From Gonapodya sp. JEL0774 (taxonomy: Eukaryota), in contig JADIIX010000048.1 in assembly GCA_027604505.1 (NCBI GenBank), positions 62,001-126,000 on the forward strand: 64,000 bases of DNA, given 5' to 3'. Position numbers and translations under genes: made by a program. This document shows, piece by piece, positions 11,019 through 24,198 of the stretch. Every line of letters begins with the position of its first letter. Position 1 is the stretch's first letter. Below the pieces are notes generated by a model. The model did no database searches and was not told where the DNA came from. It saw only the letters and a program-made list of their open reading frames with translations.

Positions 11019-14000
11019 CTATCGGCGTTCCAGGTTTTGCAGCAATTCTGTTTCGCCCCTTTCTTCGTCCTCCTCGCTGTCTTCCTGGCTCTCATCCTCA
11101 CCACTATCATCTGGATTGTTCTCTTCATCATCAGTTTCGTCCTCGGTCTCAGTTTCGTCCTCCTCGCTCGTCACACTCTCCAATGGCGCAATGTCGTCCT
11201 CAAACCACGCGTCAAGGTCCACTGGCGTTTTCGCTGTTGTGGCAGATCCGTTCCATGTCGTGCTCGATTCGCTCAGTCGAGATCCCACCATACTACTTTT
11301 TGCCTTCACTTCGGTCGTTCCACTGGCGGGCGCACTTTTGCCACCTATAACTGCCCTCCGTCCGTGCCCGGGGGATGGTGCTTGTGTGCTGTATTGTGGC
11401 TCCCCGCTTGTATCCCGTGCCCAAGGGTCTTCCGATTTGGCTGACCGCAGAGAAGGCTCCGGTGGAATGCCAGGGAAGTCGCCCAGAGGATCCAAATCCC
11501 GGACAGCCGTGGAAAGAAGTGCAAAGGAGGAGAGGGGATAAATTTTGGTCGCTGGAAGAAGAAAACGCTTATGTGGTTTGGAAGACATAAGAAAATAGAG
11601 GTTCCCCATCACTCACGTGCGGGGGGGGCTCCAGATGACATTCTCGACTTAACTCCCCTGTTTCTAAACATGATATCTGCCAACCGCTCACTCAAAGTCT
11701 CCCCAATTTTCCCACCCTCAACAACTCCCGTGCCATTTGCTTCGCCATCTGTCTGGTCCGCAATCTTGTTCATAATTAACGATTTGAGCAACCTGCCCCG
11801 ATCTCTCACATCGTAGTCTGTGTCATATCGAGCCATTTCAGTGACATACTCAAACAGCAAGCCCACTTGCACTCGAACCCTCGTCCGCTCGTCATCATTG
11901 ATTGGTTCTTCAACGGTCCCCGTGTCACCAGCAGGGGCGATTGTGGGCCGACCCATAAAGTTGGCCACAGCAAGTTTAGCGGCTAGATTGAGTACCTGTA
12001 GCTTAAGCATTCGCGCCGCTTGCCGTTCCTTGTCCGACAGTTCCTCATCCTCGTCATCCTCCGGTGGAAGAATGCCCATATGGTCACCTTCTGCAGCTCT
12101 CGCAACCCCACCCCTCCCCAGTGCCTCAAAATCCTTTGACCAAACTCTGAGCACATCAGGAGCTGTTCTAGGCACAAGATGAGAGTACTCTCCCACCAGC
12201 CAGAGGACGGAGGAGCACGCAGACGGGTCTTGCAATGGGGTACGACCAGCTGAAGTGTCACCCTCAAGGAGAGATGCCAGACGTCGAATATGCGATGCGG
12301 AGGGATGCAGGGAAAGCAGTGGTCGGAGAGTGTCGATGGAGGAGGCAGCGATTTCGTCTGAACGAATGTTTTGTAGAAAGGGCAGATTCCAGTGTAAGTG
12401 TGAAATGAAGAACTCATACATAGTTCATATTATTCACCGTCCCGAAATGCGACAATATCCATGAGCTTTGCAATGACTCGGTCTGCGACCGAAGGTAATT
12501 TGGTTGCGATCTCACCAAGCACCTGCAAAACACATGTATCTCAATAAGTTCGCGTAAGTATATCACGGTTACGAATCACCAACGGACATATTGCCGACTA
12601 TTCTCTCGCCCCCGGGCTCCTCCCGGAACCCCCGAAAATTAACCCACCGCCACAGCCTCTTTCGCCAATAAGCGATCTCCTCCTCTCACATACCAGCCCA
12701 CTTCCTCGACTACTTCTCCCGCGCACTCTTCGTGAGAGGATTCAACCAACATCCGCAGTTTACAACGCCAAACCTGCTCTGCCTCCAACGGATACACATA
12801 AAATGCTCCGTGATACCCTTTGAACGCCCCAGGTGCTCTATTCGCAAGCTCAACGCAAGCCCTTAATGCCAGTACGAGGTGCTCTCGAGAGGAACGACAC
12901 GCACGGACGAGATCCAGGGCTGGACGGGCAAGGAGGGACGTATGAGAACGTGGAAGTAACGCAAGATGAAGGGACAGCGTGGAGAGGGAGACTGCAGGGT
13001 TACGGGATCGGAGGAGCGGGTGCGTGGTAATTAGAAGAAGGCGATAATCTGGATCAAGGTGGGATGGGAGAGTTGAAGCGAGCGGTGTTGTGGAATCTGG
13101 TCGCTCAACAAATGCTTCCTCCGTCACGACTCCAGCAGTTCCGTCTGGATCAGCAAATTGACCCCGCGCATACCGCGCAAGAATCTCAATCACCTCCACC
13201 TGGGACCACTCGTCCATATCTGGCACCATGCGGCAAAGACGTCGGTATGCCGGATGAAGCAGGTCAAGACGTCCTGGGGAGAGCACTCGCAGCGCGTGGA
13301 GAGCCGCAGCAGCGACAAGAGGGTGAGCGTCACTGTAAAGTGGAGGAAGAAGAATTTCGAGGAGGAGAGATTGCTGCGAGGTGTCGAGTCTAGGGCCGTC
13401 AGAAGCACGAGGACACACATTTAGAGCGGAGCGGGTGCGTACACTGGTACTCGATACACACGCGTAGCACTTTGGAATAGCGTGCAAGGCGCCCCGCCGC
13501 ACGTGCGGGGACAAGTCTGTGAGGGCCTTGCGAATGGCGAGGACAGCTATGCCGTGCCGGGCAGCAATTTCGACAAAGGTCACAGTAGTGAAATTAACAT
13601 GAGACAATAAATCTTTCCACATACTTATTGGCGCAATTACAGGAACTGCGACAGAACGGAGGACATTGAGGTGCCGAAGTCTTCGTTGTGTCTGAAGTAG
13701 TTGTGACATACCTTTGATAGCTGACATGGCCCGCAGGGCATTGTATCGAACTAGGGGGTTCTTATCTGAAAGTTCTTTCTACAAGCAACATCAATCCATT
13801 CAGTTTTTGGCGAAAACAGAACATTAAGGGCGCTGGGCAACCAGTCCCAACCAGTCCCAACTCTGTCCATACCACCCACCTGAAATGTGTTCACTGCAAG
13901 TAACGCCAGGTCTGGCTCTTTCTCAGCATACTTTGAAATACATACGAGGACGAGATGTCGGATTTGGGGAGAGGTCGAGGTAACGTTTTTGACAATGTCC

Positions 14001-14566
14001 GGGAAGAGCTCAGACATATCTCGGTTCTTTGAAACAATCTAGACATGGCAGGGGAGCGCGAAAGGGGCATGAGTTGAAGGGAGCGGGAAGGGGGAATTAT
14101 GGTTGTTTGGTTGATGCAAAGACACGTCAGATGGCACCGAGGGACTCCAGGGCCATTCAAGCAACGCCAGAAAATAGCGGGTCCAACGTTACTTGTGTGA
14201 CCATGCCTTCAGAATTAGATGTGTCCCCCCTTGTCAGACCGAGCGAGTTCCCCAAATAGCATGGCACTGCTGAGTGGATTCAATTCTCGAACTCGACAAT
14301 CACAATGCGTTTCCAGTAATGAAATGACAGAGAATTCGTTTTCGGTTGCCGGTCCGTGTCCATCTGAACTAACCAACCAAACCCACTTCGTTCACAATCC
14401 TCTTCAGTGCGTCCAGTTTGTCCTGTTCAAATTTTGAATCCAGCTTAGCTCGTATCTCTGAAATTGAGTCCTCGGAGCCGGCCCCTGCGTAAAACAATGC
14501 GGGTCTGGCATTTGCAAGGACATCCCCCGACAGCTTGGACGTGAACCGGGACAGATACCCCTCCAT
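11019..14566 (-). CDS. APL6: AP-3 adaptor complex subunit beta
   Basis: LDSKFEQDKLDALKRI, FPDIVKNV..IRHLV..YAEKEPDLALLAVNTFQ, LDLLHPAYRRLCRM..DMDEWSQ, LDPDYRLL..PLLRSRNPAV, KLQVLNLAAKL, ARYDTDYDVRDRGR, then an acidic hinge. Confidence 0.92.
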
Positions 14567-14778
14567 GGGCGGGAGGGCAGACGGTGGAAAGACAAGACAA
14601 GAGTCGCAGACGAGGGGGTATCAGCCGTGCCGAGGGCAGCCAAATTTTCAATTTGGAAGTGTCTGCAGTGTGGACACTGTGCCTCGCTAGTTCATGTGCA
14701 CACTCCGTGTCACATACACAGCACTGCACAACCCGGTTTCTATATTGACTTCTTCCGCCGGAGCAATCGGCTAATACC

Positions 14779-17700
14779 AGTGAGTATTTTTCTTCATCTT
14801 TGTTTTTGGACAGAAGTTCACGACATCTGCTCAGAGTGTCTTCGTTTGATCAATATGTGGTTCAATATATCTCCACGGCCTGCCATGTACATCGATCACC
14901 TTTCTTCTCGTGAATCTGTCAGTGTCGAAGCAAATCCGTTCATGGATTGCCAAGGATCTCGCACCTGTACTCAAAGAGGCTGCTAATACGAATACCGCCG
15001 AGAACTTGAACGGGCATCATCCCGAAACCGTCCACTGTCAAATCTCAAGTCTAATAACAAGTGCGAAAAGAGTTCAACTGGGACAGGTGAGACAGTGTAG
15101 ATGAGTCCGGGGAGGGGATATTATATGCCTGGAGATTGGCCCCATTTTGCCTCAGAGAGCCAGTACTCTAGTACTCGAAGTTGTCCAATTTGAAAGATTG
15201 AAGCGTAAAGAGTCGAATGAATTCCGGGATGGTGGATCACCAAAGGCTGGTGAGCTAATCAATCGTAAACTTCCTTCCGAATGGGAAGCCTGGAGAGGAA
15301 TCTTCCTTTTTGTTTTTTTTGTATGCGCTCAAGTCACGGATTGGAAGCTGGGTTTAGTTATGGAGTTTGCGTCGTGATCTTCATGGTCCTGAAATGGGGA
15401 CACTTGCCGTTCCTTCCACTAGTTTTACAGTCTGTCCGAGAATGCACCCTCTACACCCCCTATAGTTGACGTATCTGATGTCAGCTACACCGTTAAATGC
15501 CACTTCACCCCCGATTGCGTCGCGTCACTTGAATTCCAGACACAACGTCGGTTCACAGCATTACGTGGATCCAACATTTCTCTTCTTCGGTACTCTTGGC
15601 ACCTTGAAGCGAGTTATGACCGTGCCGCTGTGATAGTTTCCCCGTATCTCGAAGTGGAGGAGGCAAAATATTTGGCTGCGGAGGGAAATCCTCCGTACGG
15701 AAACCCAATTGAAATCGGTGATGTGGGGGCAGCCTTGAAATCTGGCCAGAAGGATGTTCATTTCCAAGAAATTGGGGTGTGTTTGAAGGGAATCAAGTCT
15801 AGGTGCGTTTGGAGGGTGGTCGGTCGCGCTTCATTCTTGAAACCAGGGATATGGGTTTGCCTGGCATGGGAGTTCATTTAGTCCGATCACAGCTCAAGCA
15901 CGGAGCGGCGATGGCAGATAATAAAGTTCATTGCGAGTGTTGTGCGCAATTGTCCCTGGACTGTCCTGTCAGAATCCGATACTCTGATGTAGAGTTTGTT
16001 TGGATTTTTGACAACTATTCTTTGCTGACACAACTGGGGTCTGCTAAAAATATTTCTCAGTTTACATCGTCGCCTCGCAAGACTACAATCCACCATACCC
16101 ATCAGCTCACTTTCTTTCGGACACAAACACCCCCAACATTCGCCACCATCTTCCATTATTTGGCCAGCCATCACTTCCTCACTCGACTCCGCACTTGCCG
16201 CTCGCAGCATTGACCACTCAAGGTCACTCCCGTCTGAACCAATGGGCGCGGGTGGCGCCTTGAGCGCGAAAAGTGAAGCGATGCGAGCCGCCTTGGCTGC
16301 CAGCAAACTAGGGAACTATGTGAAGACTAAAGGACCCGGAAGGCTGAGTTTGAAGGGTTGGACTGTGGGTAAGCGAATGATTCTGAGGGTTGACTGACAA
16401 GAAAGAACTGACAATCACAATTTGCTTAACAATTCCAAAGACCGACCGTATCCTTACTGACAAAGACTGTATAGTGCCACCGGAACAACGAGCTCTCCTC
16501 GACACCCTGCCTGGGTGGGAAGAGGACACGATGCGGAAGAAGAAGCGCCGCGCGCGAGAGAGTAACGTTTCTCAACGAGTTGGTGGTCCTGTTGCCCATC
16601 ACAATAGCTCATCTGGACAAGGTGCGCCACTTATGTCAGACCAGAATGTGGATGAGTTTCCAGACTTCAACGATGAGGACTTATCGAGAATCGCCAGGAT
16701 CGAAGCAGAGGTGGTTAGCAGTGCTCTTCTTTTGCAAACGACCACGTCAACTTAAAAGACTCTCATTTGACTAACGCGGTTAATGGTGTCATCGTTGTGA
16801 TCAGCACGCGTTACTACTGCGTCCCGACACGGACGTAGTATCGGGTGAGATCAATTTCAGTATCTCGTCGTCTACTGCTCCGTACTTTCTTATCTGGTAT
16901 ATGATGCAGGTGCTGCTGTTGGAGTTACGCCACTAGAGGATCCTCAACTCGTCGCTCCAGACCGTGAAGGTGTGGATATGATTGACTATGAAGACTTTTT
17001 GAGGATGCAGGAGAGTAAACCTGCCCAAGAAGAGAAGTGGAATAATGAAACCATAGATGTTTTACTGACACAAGTGCCGATTTTGGGGTCGACAGGAGCT
17101 TCAGGGGTGGATGAGGACGAATGCAGCACCTCCATTCGTGAGATTGATTATGGTGGACTTCTAACACAACCACCAAGAGAGAGATCCATTGGAGGAACCA
17201 ACAGTGACGCGGAGATCGAAAACGGACAGGATATTCTGGTCTGCAGCAAGGGAGATATTGCAGATGCAAAAGGGGCAGCGCAACCTGGGACACAACCATC
17301 AGAATCGGGTCCAAACGTATTAACACAAGATGATAACGTCATAGGCACTGTGAACTCGCCTTTCAATGAGAAAGGTTCGATGGACTTGTTTCCTAGCGAC
17401 GACCCCCCACCTACAGCATGTCAGCGCCAACGGACCCCCACACCTTCGCCATCAAGGTCCTCTGGAATGTCGGGTTCCGACCCATCTCGCGAGCTAGGCC
17501 ACAGCAGTGAGCAATCCTCGCTCCCAAGTGTGCTTCCCTTCAGTTTGCTCGCGCTGTCAGGGATCCTTCCACGATCTCCTTTACGTGGAACTGCTCCTCG
17601 AGCTCGCGACAATACGTCGATTGGTTTGCAATCTGAACCGCCTCTGCAACGAAGTCCTTGGTCCTCGTCATCAAAAATGACGTTTCGAGTGGGGTGGGAT

Positions 17701-20700
17701 TGGGGAACAGGGGCAGTGAGTCAAAGCGACGCCTCGGGTGAATGCCTTTTGCCCAAGGAGTCGCCTAGGGCTTGGGGTGCAGGGGTGGAATGGGGAAACA
17801 TTCGAACCCAAGAGCATTATTCACCTGGGAGGATGCAGGGGGATGTCCGAGGATTGAGTCAGGACGCTCACTCACTGGAAATTGAGAAGGCGGGTGATTC
17901 GACAGGTGAATCACCCCATCGGATTGAGCCGCATACCCAACAGCCATTCATAAAATATGCTAAGCATGAAGAGGAGATGAAATTGCCGGCAGAAGATTCA
18001 CCCGAAGGTGATGGTATAATTGAGCGAACGGCGCCACAGGAGGAGGAGTTCAACCAGAAACCACGATGGGGGATACAAGAGGGAGAAACTCGAAGCACAA
18101 TAGTCATGCAACCTGCCTCGAAAATCACCCGAAATGGATCTGATGACTGTGCAGCTCAGTTTGGCACCAATAGCGATGTACAAGAAGAACCTGCAGACCA
18201 TGGCCGACGGTTGGAAAGTCTCCATTCACAGAAGGTGCCGGAAGTTGTCCTTGATCTCGGATTGCCTGATAGTGGGATTGACGCATTCACCCAAAACACC
18301 GGTGTCGCGACTGAATCAACCTCAAAAAGAGTAAGTGTCGGCTTCCTTTTAACAATGGCTTTGCATCGGATGACAGAAAACTGGTCTTTTTGGGATCTGC
18401 AGTCCATAAACATCTTAACGGCTATTGCGGGCTCGACAGACCGGGATGATACGTCATCGTTATCAGAAAAAGCCGCTGCAATTCATGACGTGTTGCACTA
18501 TACGCTTGATGCAGCTGCCACCCGGAGCAACGAGATAGTTCCCGACAGCCAGGGTCTGATTGAAAGTGGACGCATCGGTGGCGATATTCTCATCTCCAGT
18601 TGTCAAGAACCATCATTTGAGACCGTTAACGAAAGTCCACTGGAACCGGTCACCACAAGCCCTGTGATGGGAGATTTGATGAGCTCGGCCGTACATCGCG
18701 CGGATATTGAACCTGAGGCTGTGGATTTCACTGAAACCTCACAATCCGTCCATTGTGTCGCAAAATCGATTGTAAACTCTTCCGTCACGCCAGATTCCAT
18801 AGAAGTGTACTCGCTGGCGAACGGAGACGGGGTTGGAAGTTCAACACACACAGTTGACATCACTAAGGCACTTGCGGATGCAGACTCGTCTTCTCATGCA
18901 TCTACAGAAGTCGAATCATCCACAGTGTTACCATCTCCTTGTCGCTTGTCGGGGCGGGGGAAGAGACGATCTCTCGAAGTCCCCATACCCAGCGAACCAC
19001 TCAGTATAAGCAATGGAGGACGCTCATGTAAACGAACTCCGAGAAGCCATCATCTGCGTGGGAACCGAACTCGCGTGCAAGCTGGTCTCCAGGGACTTTT
19101 TGTTCGAGGTCTGTCGCCTGATAGTGATCATAAGGATTGGGAGGAGTCAACTCGATGCACTTCATGGCCTGAGAGCAACCTCACGCTGTCTATGAGGCCA
19201 GACCTTGAGTTAGCGTTGTCAGTTCAGGATAATCCGAGCCAGAAGGAAACCAACAAGACAGTGGAGGCACTCGAAGTATCGTTCCACGATAAACGCAGAT
19301 TCGATCAACGTGAACGGCAAGAAGGACTCTCTCCCCTTGGTGCAGACGCTTCAATTGTACGGGACGTGGGCTCTGAGGGTGAAGAATCGGATTCTGGTAG
19401 CTTGGTTGGAACATTGTATCAAATGGGAGGATTACAAGGCATCCCCCTTGTCGGGTGCGAGAACACGCCTGTTGATCCGGCGCAGTTAACCCTTCATTTC
19501 CGACCCCGTGTGAGAGAAGATGAGCCGGAAGATGATTCTCGTGTCCAGAATGACTGGCAAAGAGGAAACGCACTTCAGAACGTTGATTTGGAAACGCGAT
19601 CACAACAGCTTGTTGCGGACAGCCCTCCCGACACGAATATTGAGTGTGGCCAGAAGGTCGTGAGAAGTTTTATTGGTAGCAGCCCTGGGGATCGATCTTT
19701 CATCCCACAAATCGATCTGGATTCGGATTTTCATGAGATTGAAGACGATCGCAGAGAACAACCAGCGATTTTGCAAATCGGAATCACGAATACTGAGCAC
19801 ACCGACCAGAATCAATTGATCTACCCCACGATGAGCTCCGGCGTTATGCGACGTGTGGACCCTGCTCGCATGCCTGAAATGATAGTGGACATTCCGTTAT
19901 TCCGCGGCAAATATGTGTCGCGTGCAGAGCATGCCACGCGAGCTAACAATGCAATGTCTCGCAATGCAAGCGGGTGAGACAAGGCACTGTATCAATTCTG
20001 GATTTATGACCTTTTGTTTTTAATCCTCTCGCTCATTCTTGACAGTTTAGGACGAGGACGGAAGCTTAGTCGTTCGGATTCCAGTTGCAAATCTTGGACG
20101 CCAGGGAGCAAGCTCGATACATTGAACACCGTCACCACGGAGTTACTGCGTTATGACACCGAGGGTAGTCAGAGCCATGCCCAACGAGTGCCCGCGAAAC
20201 GGCGTCTTTCTTCTGAGTTTCTCTACCGTGCGAAGAGACAGAAAATGAACTCGGGTCTTTCGTCTTCCCCTCTACCTCATGTGTCAAGAGCTTCTCCGGA
20301 ACCTACTCGAACCGGAGGACGAGTTGGGAACGGGCAGAAATGGGTCGCGAGCTCTCGAGCAAGTGCCACTGTATCAGAGATAGGAGCCGAAGTTTCAAGA
20401 TCGGCCGCGCATGATCGAAAGAACGCTATGAGGATGCCAACAGGGACTGAAATCGAAATTTTACACTCTAAAGTTCCCTTGGAGGTGCTTGGATCTGAAA
20501 GCAACTTACCATGCCTTGAAGAGGGCTTTGGGAAGCGCAAAAAACTCCCTGAAGATATAGAAGGAGGCTTTCATACAAAAAGACAAAAGCGAAGTACCAC
20601 ACCACCGCTACCTTCCTCTCTTGCACTTTCAAGTTCTTGTACGGAGCCTCTTCCAAGAACTTTTGTGAGTCTTCACCGTCGAGGCATGACACCAGAAAAG

Positions 20701-20832
20701 CCAACACGGCCTTTGAGAATCGAGAGTAAAACACTCCTTAGAGGCTTGGAGAACAATCTGCAATTCACAGAAATGTCTCCTGACTGGTTGAAGTGGAAGG
20801 AGCAACGAATGCTCCGATGGACGTGGAGATAG
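14779..20832 (+). CDS. TPP1/ACD/Est3-like OB-fold protein with a very long disordered C-terminus (about 1,660 codons, 8 predicted exons)
   Basis: Spliced MSKQIRSWIAKDL...KRVQLGQ|FYS...IVDVSDVSYTVKCHFTPDCVASLEFQTQRRFTALRGSNISL...PYLEVEEAKYLAAEGNPPYGNPIEI resembles the TPP1/Est3 OB fold. All predicted introns are GT-AG and frame-consistent through the 1001-aa and 272-aa ORFs. Confidence 0.7.
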
Positions 20833-20905
20833 CTGCATACTACAGCAGGATCACGTTTCAAAGTGGAGGTCCACAGACACGCGCAATTTTGACAGAATAT
20901 TAGTT

Positions 20906-23900
20906 TTACGATTGTTTTGAACTTTTCATTAGTACTGAGGATGCCGTTGCATGTGTACATATCACGAATGTTGTCATCCACCTCCACCAGTTGAAATTGG
21001 GAGTGTCCAAAGAGCAAAGGTGAATGACTATCAGTAAATCTGCACAAAATATAAAATAACTTGTAGCGGCAACATGGCTGAGCTACCTTGCCAAATTCAA
21101 AAACAAACTTAGGGTCTCCAACTCACTGATAACGAATTTCCTTTAATTTGACCAGAACTGTGGAAACGTCAGATGCAAGGAAGCTTTTTGACATCACAGC
21201 GATCACTGGAAATACTGAAAAGTCCTGAAAATGAGGGAACAGACCACTTTTTATTGCCGGAAGGAGTTGGATGAATAGAAGCATGAGATTATACGACATC
21301 AGGACTAGGAGTGTATATTCGAGGTTCATAGCTCCGACCTACAAGGTCATTGAACAGCGTCCATAAGAACACTAAACGCATTCAAAAAAACACGGTGAGT
21401 ACCTTGATTGATGTCGATCGTTGTGCTTCATGTGCAGAGAAGGTGTTCCATTGACACACCAAAAATGCTATGAAATACGCAATGTGTGGATAAGAGCATG
21501 CGAGAGTTCCAACGGCTGTGACTGTCAAAATTGACATCCACGGCAACGAGAACTTAAACTACCACCTTCAAGTCTCAGATGGTACCAGATGTAGCCCCAC
21601 ACCTGCACTATCCCAAGGACTACCATGTGCATGACATAAGTAAATCCTGTACCAATGATCCAGAGAACATTCAAAGTTAGACTGGACTCAATAATGCCAA
21701 TCTCAGCAAAGAGGCCGAGAGAATGCGAGAGAAAGCCATCCAAAATGTACGATCGGAGTACTGTGATCAATGTGATCAAAAACGTATTTATGACACAGAA
21801 CCTTGTCCCCAAGACAGAGAACGTGTCTGAAAAGGTTGGTATCGTTCCTAAAATGGTGATAAACAGGCGTAATTGATATTCCCACCACATCTAAACATCA
21901 ACAAGATCCACACGTACCTTTGCTCGTGCCAATGATTAATTGCTCGAGCGCTATCCGCATCGATATGAAGGGCGCCAAATAGAATGGTATCTCCAAATAC
22001 TTCTGTAAAATGCGCCCGAGGCTCGTATACCAGTCGATAGTCACTGACACAGTCACAAATTCGCATCTTTTACGTGATACGAGACGGAAACCAAGGTGCC
22101 AATCCCTTTCTGATTCTTGTGCATTTGAAAAATCATGGAGGTGGAACGCAGCTTTGATTGCTCCCTCTAGTTGATAAAAACGTTCCTCGGGGTGTTTCAT
22201 CTCCCCAGTTTTCCTAAGCATAACCTGGTGGACTGCAGAGGAGACATGTTCGAGTGTCGCTCGACCCAAGAGAAGTCTAAATCTTTCTTCTCACGGATAG
22301 CAAATTCTTGATCATTTTCACAATATTGCTCGTGCACGGTGATGGAATACACAAGTATATGGCTTCGGGCGGAAGGAATAAGTACATCACGAACAAGGGC
22401 TGGGCCTGTAACCGTATTCTGTAGGCCCAAAATGGCCAGTTCTGTGGACAGATCATTCAAAGTTACCGATTGAAAACTCAAAGTAAAATCCACTGGCTCA
22501 CTAAGAACCGATCCTTGAAGGACGAGTGGCTCATTCCTAGCAGTGGTGATGAGGATGTCTCCCTCCTGATTGGGCCGATAACGACAATGAGTTGCAAGAT
22601 AGTCCCAACCCAGAATATCACCAGCACTTAGTTGTGTGTAAACTGCTGTCGGTAATGCTTCCATATCCATATCAGGTGGTACTAACGGGTTTGGCTCATA
22701 ACGGGGGAAAAGAGTCGACCGGCGACCAACAATGTCGTATGAAATCTCAAAGGATTCATTGTCTCGCTTTTTGTAGAGGGCAAGAGCACACGGGGAATCT
22801 GGGCTACCCGTTGTCGAAAGAACCGTCGCAGACTCCGCGGATTGTATTGGCAGTAAGTATACAGCAGAAGATTGTGCGGAGTGAGAATCAAGCACCAAGA
22901 GAGTGGAGTTGTGAATGATGACCTGCGTCGGTCTGATTGAACGGGGTGTCGCGGCCACTATTGGAAAGCCTAGGAACCGTCGTCTGAAAGCATCCATCCT
23001 CAGGTCACTAGAAACCACTCCACCAGGGAAATTATCGTCGGTGATATCAATCAAGGCTTCGGCGATAACTCGCACCAACTGATTGCACCACAGTATGCTC
23101 AAGTGATCTGTCAGTGTCCAAACCTTGGGAATGGCCGAAGTATATACAGTGAAGCCATTCTCCTGAGGTACAATAGTTTCAAGGTGGCATAGGTGTGATG
23201 GGACATGAGTGTCCTTGCTACCACCAACAATCGATACTATGGTGGTATTGCGAAGAGCACCTGTCCCAATCGCGTATTGCGTTTGGTTCCAAGAAGAGCT
23301 GACATCTTTATATACATCAGCTACTCTTGACCCCAGATGGAGAGGCATTTCCAAGTGGGGAGTTGCCAATGTTATGATTGTTGTCACCGTGGCTGGTTTG
23401 TAGTGAGGGAGGTTCAACATCAATCGTGCGACGACACCCCCCATAGAATGAGCGAGGATAACAACGGATTCAGGCCGAGAAGACCATTTTCGGTGTCGAG
23501 AAGTTGTGGGTAGAGTGTAAAGATTTAGAATGTACGACACGGCTGAGTTCGCGCAGGAGGATTGTCTTCTAAGAACATCTCCGCTCAACACCGAAAGTTC
23601 TTCATTGAAGTCGACTAGTCACGGTGGAATTTTTCTGCAATTATCTCTTGGGCAGAAGTCATGGACTTCGAGCTCACTTGTAAAGAAGTCGAGGGGCATT
23701 TTCAAGCCGGCAGGGTCATGAAGACGAACAAAAGCAGCCGCCGTTTCTCTGGCGATCGAGCGAATTTGACGATAGCTACCGGCATTTCCGTGGATGAACA
23801 GAACCGGAACTCCTTGCAACTTCGTTGTTCGAGATGGTCGGATGAGTTTGGAACCTTCGCGGAATGAAAAGCTTACCTCGTTGGAGCTATCAAACTCTCG

Positions 23901-24095
23901 ATCTTTATACAAATAGAGTCGATGTGTTGCGGAACAATTCCCAATGTCGTTGAATGACTCAAATTGGACATAGTCTGGATACATCCACGTCATTTGACAT
24001 CCGTTTCCATCGCAAGGTCGACGGAGTAGATACGAGTCGAGTCCGGCTAGGAGCAAGGCAAAGGAAATAAGGACTGAAATCGGGGGACATCCCAT
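20906..24095 (-). CDS. BST1: GPI inositol-deacylase (Bst1/PGAP1)
   Basis: GCQMTWMYPDY, LYLYKD, GVPVLFIHGNAGSYRQIRSIA, VVILAHSMGGVVAR (lipase serine motif), ITLATPH, DHLSILWCNQL, hydrophobic C-terminus. The 3' end is approximate. Confidence 0.92.
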
Positions 24096-24198
24096 TGAGA
24101 GTGGTTGTACGTCCTGCCAATACCGATCGTGTAAAGAAAGGTCCAGCACCCTCCAGGCCTGCCTGGCTCTGAAACTAACGTTTCCCCACACAATTTAT

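Noticed and set aside
11007..11541. Long plus-strand ORFs antisense to AP-3 beta, and similar antisense ORFs over AXDND1-like and RSL1D1
   Set aside because: Shadow ORFs of GC-rich or low-complexity coding sequence with no recognisable motifs.
13838..13861. Short duplication caaccagtcc x2 in an AP-3 beta intron
   Set aside because: Simple slippage duplication with no evident function.
16365..16474. Tandem donors GTGGGTAAGC suggesting a short OB-only (Est3-like) isoform by frameshifted splicing
   Set aside because: The consensus GTAAGC donor at 16369 pairs in frame with a good branch (TACTGAC) and TAG acceptor at 16474, so no truncation has to be invoked.
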